Assembly (NCBI GenBank): GCA_964016885.1 | Contig: OZ024740.1 | Coordinates: 429,040,001-429,104,000 of the forward strand | Source of the DNA: Eledone cirrhosa | Taxonomy: Eukaryota | Direction: 5' to 3' | DNA length: 64,000 bases | Part shown: piece after piece, positions 41,794 to 54,769 of the stretch | Numbering within the stretch: position 1 is the first letter of the stretch | Layout: each line of letters starts with the position of its first letter | The notes under the pieces: generated by a model | What the model was told of the DNA's origin: nothing | The model's input: only the letters and a program-made list of their open reading frames with translations | Databases searched by the model: none | Made by a program: the position numbers and the translations under genes

Positions 41794-41989
41794 TTATGTG
41801 TGCATGTGTATATATGTTTATATGTATATATGTTTATATGTATATATGTTTATATGTATTTATACAAGCCTTTGTTTATGTGTTGACCTGAACAAGGTAA
41901 GGTCTTTATCTATAGTGTGTTTATGTGTAATCCTCTCTGTATTTATTGTATGTGTCAATATACTTACATAAATAGGTGCATACACACAC

Positions 41990-42073
<84 letters not shown>

Positions 42074-42112
42074 GATATTAACAAATGGAAACTATATTTA
42101 TAAAACCATATT

Positions 42113-42173
42113 TATTTTATTATACATATTTCAAGGACACCACGTTAAATTATGGTGTGCTTTCATCAGACAA
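42113..42173 (-). ncRNA. Type I hammerhead motif (family D) in pLTR fragment 42073-42272, which ends in a 15-bp hairpin
   Basis: ttgt-CTGATGA-aagcacaccat/gtggtgtcctt-GAAA-tatgta-TA-ataa; hairpin gttggaagctcccgg-actat-ccgggagcttccaac at 42238-42272. Confidence 0.78.
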
Positions 42174-42282
42174 TATACAATATAGATCAGTTTTATAAAT
42201 AAATATTGACATACCCTTAAAAAATGCAACCATTACTGTTGGAAGCTCCCGGACTATCCGGGAGCTTCCAACATTTATTTAT

Positions 42283-44523
42283 AAGGAGCTGCATAGAAAT
42301 TATAAAAAGACTACGCTAGATAATTTGAACCATATCAATAGTGAGGGTCTTAAAATAGTCTCGGACCTCGGCCTTGATAAGTATACCCAGCCATATTACC
42401 CTAGAGAACCGAGATTCACTCTTAAGGATCATAAGGTAGACTTCATTAGTAACCCCTCTGTTAGACTCATCTGTCCTTCTAAGTTCGATATAGCCATAAT
42501 CAGTAAAAAAAATCCTTGACCTTATTATACCAGATGTTAGGGATAAAGTTAATTTTAACCTATGGGGGAACACTAAGGAAGTTATAGATTGGTTCTCTGG
42601 GATTAATAAACTTGAATCTAATAAGTTTATCCAGTTCGATATTGATGCCTACTACACATCGATTTCACCCATCCTCCTCAATAAAGCCTTAATGTTGGCC
42701 ATGTGAGTGTCCAGCCTTACACGATCACAGGTAGATATTATACTAGCAGCCCGTACAACTATTATTAATTTTGAGGACACATTTTGGACCCGTAAAAACA
42801 CGCCCAACAATTTCGACGTTACAATGGGTTCGAGTGATTCGGCCCAGGTAACTGATCTTGTCGGGTTGTTCCTCCTTAATGAACTATACGTTACCTTTCC
42901 GCACCTTAATGGCGGACTATATCGTGATGATGCATTGTTTGTTATTAACTCTAGCACCAACAATGTCGAGCATAATAAGAAGAAGCTTTATAAGTTTTTT
43001 AAAAGCTATAACCTTTCGATCACGATAGATAGAAACGATAGAGCGGTCAACTTTTTAGATGTGACTTTGGACTTGGTCACTAATAGTTTTAAACCCTTCC
43101 ATAAGCCTAATGAAATACTTTCTTATGTTAGTCCCAATTCTAACTACCCCAAATCTATGATAAGTTCTATAATTAAGGGTGTATCTAATAGGATCTCCAC
43201 ACTCTCTAAGGACGTAAGAACATTTAATGAACATGCGGAGTACTATAATAATGCCCTAGCTAATTCCGGTTACTCTAGTAAAATACATTATAATGATAGT
43301 AACCTTGGAAAGTCTCCGCTTACTTATAATACTTATAATAATAATAACATAATATCCCATAACATGGCCATGAATGGGAATAGGAAGCATAATAATCGTG
43401 GAAATTACATAGGTGTATCTGAACCCATCCATAAGTTAACCCACCGGACTCGTAATAGGGAATATAATACCTCTAGGAATCAAGTCGAACCCTCTGAGCG
43501 CTCACTCATTGGTGATGATTTTGCTAGATCTAATTCTAATAATGTTGTTTCTACTGATCCTATTATTGGCCCTAATCCTTTTGATAGGATTCCAGACAGC
43601 AGCAGATCTACTAGAGGTAGAAACAGTAAGAGACTTAATAGAATTTTGGCTGATTCTAATAATGCGGTTTTAACTAATCCTTGTAGTAACCCTAGTCTTA
43701 ATAATGGGATATTAGATAATGGTAGAGTCGGAAAGGATAAAAACAGAAGGAGACTAAATACTTATTTTAACCCGCCATATAATCAGGAAGTATTAACTAA
43801 TATCCCTAGGTCTTTCTTTTCTATCTTAGAGAAAAATTTCCCCCCTTCTCATAAATACCATAGTATTTTTAATAAAAATGTTATTAAACTTTCATTCTCT
43901 ACCATATTAGTTCTCATTTAGCTAGCACTAACAATAGGAAAATTAGGGATGGATACTCCTCTCTACATACTACTAGTCTGAACAGATCTGCAAATGCCTT
44001 ACCACCAGAGCAGACCTTATCTAATAGTAATCCTACGTGTAATGCATCACTACTTTAGCCAATCAATAGCACCCGGAAGTGTAACTGTAGAGTGAGTGCT
44101 AACTGCCCTTTAAACGGTAACTGCCTCTCTAAGAGCATCGTCTATGCTTGCGTAGTTATAACTAATTCCTCTAATAGAACTTATATAGGCTCTACATCTA
44201 ACACTTTTAAGACTAGGTTTAATTCTCATATCTCTAATTTCAAACATGTTAAGTTTAAGAATTCTACTTCTTTAGCACACTATATCTGAGATCTTAAGGG
44301 GGCTAATATACCATATAGCCTTAATTGGCGTTTAGTAGCACACTCTAATAACCTTTCTACACATACTAAATTTTGTAATCTCTGTATCCTCAAGACACAC
44401 TCTATAATTTTCTCTAGTGAATCCTTACTTAATAGAAAGTCTGAGATATTCTCTTCTTGCCCCCACGCTATTTCTAATTCTTACTTTTATTATAAACCTA
44501 AAGGTTCTAGTAGTGTAAATTAG
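42283..44523 (+). pseudogene. PLE polyprotein (RT plus GIY-YIG), disrupted; possibly Hydra clade
   Basis: FTLKDHK..RLICP, FIQFDIDAYYTSI, FDVTMGS..LVGLFLL, GLYRDDAL, VNFLDVTLDL, FNPPY..FP..IFN, CNCR..CPLNGNCL..IVY..YIGST..FKTRFNSH; frameshifts and stops at about 42515, 42704, 43910, 44055 and 44287. Confidence 0.93.
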
Positions 44524-46295
44524 CTGATATATTCCATTACTTATTTTTTTAGTTTAGGTTCTTTTTGTTTACCACCATTATTATCATCATTATTATCATT
44601 GGTTTTTGACAACTTTTTATTCTAGCTCTCATAATCTTTTGGCTACTATACCATATCTATCTTCTTACACATTAAATTTTCACTATTAACACCTTATGAG
44701 TATATATCTGATTATATATTTTATATTATTTTATTTTATTTCATTTTATTTTATTTTATTTGGATTCTTCTTTGGATAACCCCCCCCCCCATGTACACAT
44801 AAACTTATTGCCAACCCCTTCAAATATATTATGATTATATTTAATCCCCCCCCCCCTCTTTTATGCTCCTTTCTATTATATAATACAGTATATTGATTAT
44901 GATTTTATGCTCCTTTGTATCCTTCATACATTTCTTTTTTCTGTCCCTATTAGCCTACCATAATTCTGCTTAAGTCAGTTTTTTAGATATCGTTATGTAA
45001 ATGATAGTAGAATATTTCATTCCTTTATATATATATTTATAGTGAAATATTAATGTTTAGGAATTTTGATTACTTAAACCATAGCTAATATTGTATAGCC
45101 TTATTAGGTATTTTAAATATTTTCAATATTAATTTATCAAATAGGGTTTTCTAGTCATTTATCTGGGTTGTTTCCTAAGTTTTTACTTAACTGCATGTGA
45201 GACCTAAGTAAATACTTTTGTTTTTGTTTTTTAATTTCCGGTTACCAACCTTGTAATTATAAGTAATTATATATTATATTATGTTCATTATTTTATATTG
45301 AAGTTGTTATTGTACTATTGATCCTTATTACTTACCGATGATTTTATGTACCTTTATGTACCATTATGATATGTTAAATTTTATATATCATGTAAGATGT
45401 TTATATTTTTGTACCATCATAATTTTGGGTATTGTACAATTTATATTTTTTTCTCACCTACTCTGTAACTCTATATGAATTGATTTGTTAACTTACATGC
45501 CATTATATATTATATATTATTATATTATTATTATAGTATTATTGTGACATCTATATTGTTTGTGTAAATTAACCGGAGATTATCTATTATATTATATTAT
45601 ATATTATATAATTATATAGTTTATTATATATTATATGTGTTACTTTTAATCATTTCATTACTTCATGTTATACTGTATATTAGATATACGTATTATTATT
45701 ATTTTTATTCCTATTATGCTTATTTATATTTAAACTCTTAATAAGGTTTATTTGTGCTGTTAATGATGGATATGTGTATTGATGTATATGGATATGTGCG
45801 TACGTGTGCGTACATATATATGTATGTATATTGTGCCTTTTAATTTTAATTTTAATTTTAATATTGTTACAAGTATATTATATTATATTGTATTATATAT
45901 AGTACTATAATTCCCTGCTCTATATAACCACCTTTAGTTTTTTTTGCTTTGGACTATATTTGTAACATGGTTCAAAATGTTATCCACCTCCTTAGTGATT
46001 TTTATTATATATTTTTACCCATAATCTTCCAATACTTTAGTGTATGTACACTCCATATTCTTCGGAGTTTTCGGCTTGTATTGGCCAATAGTACTTCTTG
46101 TGGTTTTGATTGCTCTGATGAGTCCTTAATAGGACGAAACATTGTTGGCTAATAAAGACTTTTGATGTATTGAAGGCTTCTTTGTTTTATTTTCATAATT
46201 CTTCGGCTCTGTTTAATTACATTGAGCTATACCTTTACTGTCATTTCTATAATACGAAGAGGGTGTTTAACTCCAACACGCTCCAGTATTTTAAT

Positions 46296-46300
<5 letters not shown>
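44524..46300 (+). mobile_element. AT-rich 3' UTR/pLTR of the same PLE
   Basis: Follows the ORF stop, carries an HHR plus AATAAA at 46112-46156 and ends at (TA)n. Confidence 0.7.
46112..46149 (+). ncRNA. Minimal type I hammerhead motif
   Basis: gct-CTGATGA-gtcct/aggac-GAAA-cattg-TT-ggc, then AATAAA. Confidence 0.8.
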
Positions 46301-46340
<40 letters not shown>

Positions 46341-46347
46341 GGGGGGG

Positions 46348-46816
46348 GTCTACGGTGGATGTATAGGTGTTGTATGTGTGTGTGTATGTATGTGTATGTG
46401 TGAGTATCTGTACGTATCTATATGTCTACGGTGGATGTATAGGTGTTGTATGTATGTGTGTGTATGTATGTATGTATGTGTGTGTGTGTGTGTGTGTGTA
46501 TCTGTACGTATCTATATGTCTACGGTGGATGTATAGGTGTTGTATGTATGTGTGTGTGTGAGTATCTGTACGTATCTATATGTCTACGGTGGATGTATAG
46601 GTGTTGTATGTATGTGTGTGTGTGAGTATCTGTACGTATCTATATGCCTACTGTGGATGTATAGGTGTTGTATGTATGTATGTATGTATGTATGTATGTA
46701 TGTATGTATGTATGTATGTATGTATGTATGTATGTATGTATGTATGTATGTATGTATGTATGTGCGTGTGTGAGTATCTGTACGTATCTATATGTCTACT
46801 GTGGATGTATAGGTGT
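46348..46816. repeat. Minisatellite, unit of about 64 bp x6 with a variable internal (TATG)/(TG) tract
   Basis: GTCTACGGTGGATGTATAGGTGT (or a close variant) at about 46348, 46423, 46518, 46582, 46646 and 46794. Confidence 0.93.
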
Positions 46817-47450
46817 AGCCAAAATACAGTCTAAAATAGACGACTGTCGGATGTTCAATCAATTTACTCAGTAAGGCAATAGCATCTATCGTCTGGTCGT
46901 TTATTTTCCTTGTTTACTTTTGATTCGAATCACCGCCAAACAACACGCATAGAAAGAATAGAAAAAAAATAACACCAAGTTTATTTTGATTTTAAACAGA
47001 TAAACTTCAACTTTTTTCGAAATAAATAACATTATTTTCGATTTTTTGCTTGTTTTTTTCTTCTCTCTTTCTTTCGTTCCCAATATTTTTCTCCATTTTA
47101 TTTTGATTTCTTTTTTTCTATATCTGCTGCTTGAATCTCATCTTTATCAACATATTCAATCATATTTCGTTCATATAATGCCGATCAATGTTTCTTAAGT
47201 CTCTTTCCTGCTCTTGTTCATGTTCTTCATGTTGTTGATTTGGTTGATGTTGCTGTATTTCATGTTTTCTCACATATTTCTTAGTTTTCCAGTTGTTATA
47301 TATTTAAAGAAATGTATTTTATGTTATTGTCGATGTTGTATATTCGTTTTTTTTTCCTCCAGTCTTCGACATAGTTTTTATGTATCTTTTTATCTTTTTG
47401 TACATATATATATATATAAATATACACATACATACATAAATCTATATATG

Positions 47451-47536
<86 letters not shown>

Positions 47537-47545
47537 TACACATAT

Positions 47546-47577
<32 letters not shown>

Positions 47578-47967
47578 TCTGTTTTTCTCTTATATGATTG
47601 TTATGTATATTTTTTCATGTTTTCTTTACCTTTATTCTATTCTTTACTTTTCCTCTTTATTTCACTCCACCCATCCATAACCCCACCCCACCCTACAGAC
47701 CACCCCAGGCCCCACCTCCCAGACCCCGCCATAAAAAAAAACATTGTTTCAATTTTATTTTTATATGAACGAAATAAAATTTTCAGTCGCTTATTTTGCT
47801 GATTTCCCTGATTATATAAGACTGAGGTATGAAAAGATATCATTTCATAGAAACTGAAGACATAGAGACACTATATATATATATATATAATGTCTGTATA
47901 TATATATATATATATATAAAATAAAGTTAAATAAAAGTCAAATGATTAAAATTTAGCTTCGTTTATT

Positions 47968-48022
47968 ACTGCTATATATATTTCAGTGACAGCCATCTTT
48001 GGCTGTGACCTCTTCAGGCAGT
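47968..48022 (-). ncRNA. Type I hammerhead motif (family F)
   Basis: actgc-CTGAAGA-..acagcca/tggctgt..-GAAA-tatata-TA-gcagt-AATAAA; copy at 51290-51344 (+). Confidence 0.83.
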
Positions 48023-48708
48023 TTGAATTAGTATGGTATAGACAAGTACATATGTTATTTAGGTGTATGATATTGTCAATACTCTGATATGCCCAGTTCC
48101 TTGTTGGGTTGTTAATTCACTGGGGAACTGGAGTCATATGAATTCAAACAAACGAATTTTCGTGTCACAGGTCCCCTTCTCCTCTCATTGGTCAGTTATT
48201 AGAACATTCCTCATTCTAAGTGTTGTTATTGTTGGAGTTAGCTTAAAAATTGATAAAATGGTAGAAGGGACAAGGTGTTAGAGGAACAAAATAACAAAAA
48301 AAGTGTCAAACTGCCCATTGTTCAGTTCTGAGAGCATTCCTCAGTCAGAAGTCTATAGAATTCTTTCTGGGTGAGGCTCCCTGTAGTGTTTTTGCCTGTA
48401 GTGTTCAGTACATTGGACCTCCACCATTATTTTGGTACTGTTGTTGTTGTAGTGGTCAGCTTATATCTTGCTGCTGCTAACAATTTAGAAGTATCCAGTT
48501 TGTGTTTTTTCTTCATCCCTCCCGCCACCATCGTAGTGGTGGTGGTGGTGGTGGTGTGTGTGTGTGGGGGGGGGGGGGGGGGGTCGTATACAACCAACAT
48601 AAACTCAAAATCTCTCTCTCTCTATATATATATATGTATGTGTGTATATATATATATGTATATATATATATATAATGTCTGTGTATGTGTATATATATAA
48701 TGTCTGTG

Positions 48709-48781
<73 letters not shown>

Positions 48782-48896
48782 GTTGTAATATAATGAAACG
48801 AAATTTCATTTCTCACTCTTAGTACGGCACTCACTCAATATGCAAATTAGGCTGCAAAGCCGTTAATTTTCATAAGGAAAGTATATACTTTCGAAC

Positions 48897-48983
48897 GTTC
48901 AACCATCTGGCAGAAGAGTATACGGTGCTGATGATAGCTAACAAGCTTGAAACTAGTACATCGTTCCTGTGTCAGTGTTGAAC
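48897..48983 (+). ncRNA. Type I hammerhead with extended stem I (family G)
   Basis: acggtg-CTGATGA-t-agct(aaca)agct-t-GAAA-ctag-TA-catcgt; outer helices ctggca/tgtcag and gttcaac/gttgaac. Confidence 0.85.
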
Positions 48984-49192
48984 AAAAAGGTGACGTGGTT
49001 GCCTTAACACCGTATGGCATAAATCAGGCTGTCCGCTTGTTTACAAACGAACAAAGCGGGCGTTATAATAAACGTTCGCTAAACTGATACGTACATATAT
49101 ATATGTGTACCTGTATGTATATATATATATATATATGCATGCTACTGTACGTCTGTATATATACATGTATGTACGTATACATACATACTTAC

Positions 49193-49247
<55 letters not shown>

Positions 49248-49354
49248 ACTAAGGTATGGAAAGATATTATCATTGATAGAAACTGAAGACAGAGAGACCC
49301 AATAGAGAATGTAGAAAATATTCTGATGTGACAAACTTAGATTATAAAAGATGA

Positions 49355-49880
49355 GATAATAATATAATATAATATAATAAAATAAAATAAAATATAATAA
49401 AATAATATGAAATAAAATAAAATAAAAAGAAATGAAATGAAATGAAAGAAAATGAAAGAAAATGAAATGAAAGGAAAGGAAATGAAATGAAAGGGAAGGA
49501 AATGAAATGAAAGAAAAGGAAATGAAATGAAATGAAAGGGAAGGAAAGAAAATGAAATGAAATGAAAGGAAAGGAAAGGAAAGGGAAGGAAAGGAAAGGA
49601 AAGGAAAGGAAAGGAAAGGAAATAAAATTAAATGAAAGGAAAGGAAATGAAACGAAATGAAATGAAATGAAATGAAATGAAATTTAAGGGAAGGAAAGGA
49701 AAGGAAATGAAATGAAATGAAATGAAATAAAATGTAATGAAATGAAATAAAAAGAAATGAAATGAAATAAAAATAAAATGAAATGAAAGGAAAGGAACGG
49801 AAAAGAAAGGAACGGAAAGGAAAAAAATGAAATGAAATGAAAGGAAAGGAAAGGAAAGGAAATGAAATAAAATAAAACAA
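49355..49880. repeat. Pentanucleotide array (AAAAT/GAAAT/GGAAA)n
   Basis: Direct observation. Confidence 0.95.
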
Positions 49881-49939
49881 ATTAATATTTAACCTCTGAA
49901 ACCATCGAATCTATAAAGCTTATTTCAATAAACACTTCA

Positions 49940-50112
49940 ATATCATCATCATCATCGCCATCATCATCGTCGTCATCATCATTGACAACATCATCGTCAT
50001 GAATATCATCATCATCATCAGCAGCAGCAGCACCATCATCAACATCACCAACAGCAATAACATCATTATCATCAGCAGCAGCAGCATTATCATCACCATC
50101 ATCAACAGCAGT
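49940..50112. repeat. Degenerate (CAT/CAG)n repeat
   Basis: Direct observation. Confidence 0.9.
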
Positions 50113-50257
50113 AGATATATCGTAGTCCATCACTAACAATATCAATATCGTCATTTTGATCCTGTCCTGCTTTTTAACTCGATTTTGAATACATACATAT
50201 ATACATACATATATACATACATATATACATACATATATACATATATATATACATATA

Positions 50258-50376
<119 letters not shown>

Positions 50377-50761
50377 ATACTTGGAATAAATCCTCCTGTA
50401 TAACTTATCCATGTTAATCTTCATTCTTTCATTATTAATTCCCCCGGAACTGCTTGCCTCGGAGCTGTCCGAAATCGGACATCCTAACAACACAACTAAG
50501 TAGACATCTTGTTGAGTCAACCAACGCCGCACGTTAAAACCCTCCACGATACAGATTACTCTCCATATATATATATATATATATATATATGTACGGCAAC
50601 ACTCATCTTTTTCCATTTCTCCGAGGGTTATAAACCCCACTATCAGGCTAGAAATTTCTTTAGTCTAAAATACGGTGAAAGCTTATAATTTCTAATTTCT
50701 AATTTCAAACTCGCGCACCGTTTCAAAAACATACTTACCTGTTTACGTTTATAATTTTCTT

Positions 50762-50818
<57 letters not shown>

Positions 50819-51006
50819 GGTTTGTTGGTTAAACACTGGATAGAACTGGTCATTCCGTATGGTCAACCTCGATGCAATATTACGGAGAGCACTCAACGTA
50901 ATGCAACTCACCCGTCTTCGTTTGTGTAGTTGGTGGTGCGAGTACGGAGTTAATTATTATAAAATAACAGGAGGCTGGACTGGTGTAAATCCTTGAAAGG
51001 TTTATT

Positions 51007-51064
51007 ATACTATGATCATTTCAATGACCGGGTTCAGTATGAATCCGGTGATATCATCAGGTAT
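51007..51064 (-). ncRNA. Type I hammerhead motif (family A), left arm of fold-back 50815-51251
   Basis: Reverse complement of the 5443-5500 motif; inverted partner at 51176-51231. Confidence 0.8.
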
Positions 51065-51175
51065 TCAAAATATAACAAAGGAATATAACAGATAAAATCC
51101 ATGGGGCTGAAAATCAGAGACAAGAGGACGACCGACTATTTAGCAGCTTCTACCTCAGTCGGCCGTCCTCGAGTG

Positions 51176-51231
51176 ACCTGATGATATCACCTGATTCATA
51201 CTGAACCCGGTCATTGAAATGATCATAGTAT
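51176..51231 (+). ncRNA. Type I hammerhead motif (family A), right arm; stem I truncated to 2 bp
   Basis: ac-CTGATGA..GAAA-tgatca-TA-gtat-AATAAA. Confidence 0.65.
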
Positions 51232-51289
51232 AATAAACCTTTCAAGGATTTGTACAACATGTGTACTCGTCTCTACCACACTATTTCGG

Positions 51290-51344
51290 ACTGCCTGAAG
51301 AGGTCACAGCCAAAGATGGCTGTCACCGAAATATATATAGCAGT
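51290..51344 (+). ncRNA. Type I hammerhead motif (family F)
   Basis: actgc-CTGAAGA-gg..acagcca/tggctgt..cc-GAAA-tatata-TA-gcagt-AATAAA. Confidence 0.83.
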
Positions 51345-51462
51345 AATAAACGAAGCCAAATTTTAAACATTTGACTTATTTATTTTAGTTTATTTTATAT
51401 ATATATATATATATAGTATAAAAAAACGAAAAATCAGTGATGCTTCTGAACCCAGTTTATTG

Positions 51463-51553
51463 CGTGTTACAATTGTTTCGCCGGCAGGTAGCTCGAGACA
51501 TGATCACTGCATGGAGCTGACTGATTCTACGGCTGCAGGTTCCTTCGGACACG
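51463..51553 (-). ncRNA. Degenerate hammerhead-like motif with a stem II region of about 60 nt, in fold-back 51415-51810
   Basis: cgtgt-CCGAAGG-(62 nt)-GAAA-caattg-TA-acacg-cAATAAA; the 3' half is repeated inverted at 51635-51726. Confidence 0.5.
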
Positions 51554-51808
51554 GGTAGTTCGTTCGGAGCAAATTTTCTCACTGGGGTGTTATCGTCAAA
51601 AGAACATCTTCAAAAAAACATCTTCCACTCCTGTCATGTCTCGATCTACCTGCCGCCGAAACAATTGTATCACGCAATAAACTGGGTTAAGATGCATCAC
51701 TGATTTTTCGTTTTTTTTTAATACTATCCACACTCTACTCTGTATGAATATTGAGTGCTAATTTTGGCATACCGCCTATGGAAGCACCATAGCTACCATT
51801 ATACACAA

Positions 51809-51889
<81 letters not shown>

Positions 51890-52404
51890 TAAAAGGAAAA
51901 GAAAATGCTGACAAATTGTTCCCAGTGAAAAATAGTTTAATTAGGAATAAGTAAAAATTAGTAATAGTATTGGTTAGTATTCAGTTTTGGTTTTAAGTTT
52001 TACCGGTTGCGCATTTCTAATGCTTTTCAAAAATAATATTGAGATAGAGCGCCCGTGATGTTTGCTCTAATCTGATTAGTTTTGGAAATTCTACCTGTTT
52101 TATGTAAAAAAAGTGGCTCCAGATGTATGAAAAAATACTTGTGGTCAAAACAATTTTGATTGGTCGGTAGAGGTCATGTGAATGTTAAAAATTGATTTTG
52201 CGCCAAATGTAGGTTTGTCTCGGCTGATTGAGAAGTCACTGAAAAATAAGTCTTTCAAGACAAATATGTGTGTGTGTGTGTGTAGTAGTAGTAGTAAAGA
52301 GGTTCGTTGTTATGATTATCACAACAACGAACCTCAGGTCAGCAGGGATGTGTGTGCGAACCGCAGCCTGTTGACAGTTCAAATGCCTATTAAGACAAGT
52401 GTGT

Positions 52405-52474
<70 letters not shown>

Positions 52475-52703
52475 CAGAGTAATTCGTGGTAGAGGGATGG
52501 TCAGTAGGAATGTGTCTGCACGTGTGTGGGGGATATTTTAACATGTTAAAAGATATTGTTCAGCTCTTGTCTTATACGGAGAAGTGTGTGTGTGTGTATG
52601 TGTATATATGTCTCTTTGTATGTTAATGTACGCGTGTGTATGTGTGTGTGTATATATGTATGTGTGTGTGTATATATATATGTGTGTGTGTGTGTGTGTG
52701 AGA

Positions 52704-52735
<32 letters not shown>

Positions 52736-53169
52736 ACCAGTATTTTTGTGATACTGGTAAAAATTATGTACATTATTCGATATTTTCAGTAAAAACGATT
52801 CTCTCAATAGAACATCAAAAACCTTAATAATAAAAGGTGTGAAATGATATATAGTATTGGCGTAATACCAAGGTGTGTGTGAGTGTCCAGATTGTACGTA
52901 CTGCAAGGGGAATCCATTAGGCCTTGCCGTATTGGAATACTTGTGTACAAATATGTATGTGCCCATCAGTGTGCAATGCATGTGTGCGTTTATGTATGTG
53001 TGTGTGTCGGCACGTTTATATCTATAGACATCAAAAGGTATGCAAATTTGTGTATATTTGTGTTGCACCATAGAACATGTGTGTTTACGTATGTCATGTG
53101 TTTATATGTGGATAGAGATGTATGCTGATGTAGGTATGTATGTTGACGTGTGTATGTTGTGGGTTCGTC

Positions 53170-53700
53170 TTAGGGAGAAGTGTTTAGACGGGGTCCGTAT
53201 TTGTTAATAAAGTGAGATTCCTTGCTGATGCGCTGGGTGTAGGTGGCATTATCTTTAAATTTGTAGAGGGGAAATATTCTGAAGTTGGGATGATTTTGGG
53301 TGGCACAGGTATCAATGTGTTCACTCAGTGGTATTTTCCTGTATTCCCGTATTTTAATTTGGGATCTATGGACATTCATGCGTTGGCGGAGGCTGTTTTT
53401 GGTCTGGCCTATGTATTGTTCTCGACAACCTGAGCAAGTTAATACATATATTAGATTTTCTGATGCGCATGTGACATTGTGTTTTACTATAAAACGTTGT
53501 CCTTTTTTGAAATAGAATTCCGAACCCTCTATTAGGTTGATGCATATGTCACAGTTGGGTCTATCGCATTTTATTACTGTGGGTTTCGTTGTTGTGGTTG
53601 GCAGTACTTTGGCATGTGTGGTTGGCTGTACTTTGGATATTTTTCATTGACTTAGATTGTCTTTTGCTCTTTATGATATCGTGTGTTCGTAGGATTTGGT
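53170..53700 (-). mobile_element. PLE GIY-YIG fragment (Neptune-like)
   Basis: KCDRPNCDIC..VTCASENLIYVLTCSGCREQYIGQTKNSLRQRMNVHRSQI..LSEHIDTC..RISKESHFINKYGPRLN. Confidence 0.9.
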
Positions 53701-54002
53701 ATATATATATATATTTATTAAAATAACAGATTAAAGTTTAAGCAAAGAATCGCTGCTTTCACTCTTAACGGGATCTTCTGAAACTAACAAAGTCAATCTG
53801 TAAACGCAGAGGTCGATATTTAAAAAAACGTTGCAACCGGAGGAAGACAGGAAGACGATACTTTGGTTTGTGGAAACGTTCCCTTCACAAAACATACAGG
53901 TAATATATACTTACCTATGCAAATAAGTAATGGTATAAACATAACATATACTTAGCTACCACATCAAGACGTAAAATATCCACGTATAGATCGAACTATC
54001 CG

Positions 54003-54665
54003 TTAGGGTATAATGTGGGGCAAATTATGTTTACAAGCCGAAATTGCCTCAGATTTTTTGTTTAAGATGTGGTCTGTGGCGTAGAGTATTTCCAGGGCCT
54101 CAGCGGTGCAGAGATCACATGATCTATTTCCGTTATACGATCTAGCCCTAGCTAGGATCTCCCAGTGTAACTTATATTGGGTGTGGTTGTCTTTTAGACT
54201 CCAGATATAAGCTGAAAGTGACGTCATATTCCTTCTTAGAGGGTAACGAAAAGAATGGGTATGCATGTAAAGACGCTGCTTGAATCTATTGGCGGTTAAC
54301 CCTATGTAGGCCCTACGGGACGTGGGTGTTTCAACCTTACATTTGTAGACAATGTTACTAGAGAGGCATTTCCCGGATAGGGGCAATCAACTCGATTCCT
54401 ACAATTACAGTTAGTACTAACTACAGGGTTGCACGTGTTCCTACGGCTAGGTAGTTTAGCTAAATTTGAAGCTGTGATGTTATGTGCAAGGTTAGGAGTC
54501 GTAGAGTAAGAAATTTTAATAGTATTTCTATTAAAAATTTTACTATATTTATGTGTAGGGGGAAAATGCTTTGTAATAAGGGATAGAAAGCTCTTAGCTA
54601 ATGGTGTGGCCACCTCCATATTATATGGTGGGTTATACCAACAAATGCGACGGGATCTATTCTTC
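54003..54665 (-). mobile_element. PLE linker plus GIY-YIG fragment (same clade as 42283-44523)
   Basis: RRICWYNPPYNMEV..KHFPPTHKYSKIFNRNTIKISYS..CNCR..CP/LSGKCLSSNIVYKC..AYIGLTANRFKQR; short inverted copy 54634-54662/54708-54737 at the 5' junction. Confidence 0.9.
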
Positions 54666-54769
54666 TATGTCTATTTTCGTACTCTGTATATGCTACCTTA
54701 TCGAAGAAATAGATCCTGTCGCATTTGTTGGTATAATGTCGTCGCTCTAATTGTGGAACCTGCACTCAC

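Noticed and set aside
42073-42272. Inverted 5' pLTR of the 42.3-46.3 kb PLE
   Set aside because: It matches family D (16165-16345), not that element's own 3' hammerhead region (46112), so it is treated as a separate insertion.
46348-46816. CRISPR-like repeat/spacer appearance
   Set aside because: Intervening sequences are microsatellite variants of one unit, not unique spacers; eukaryotic context, no cas genes.
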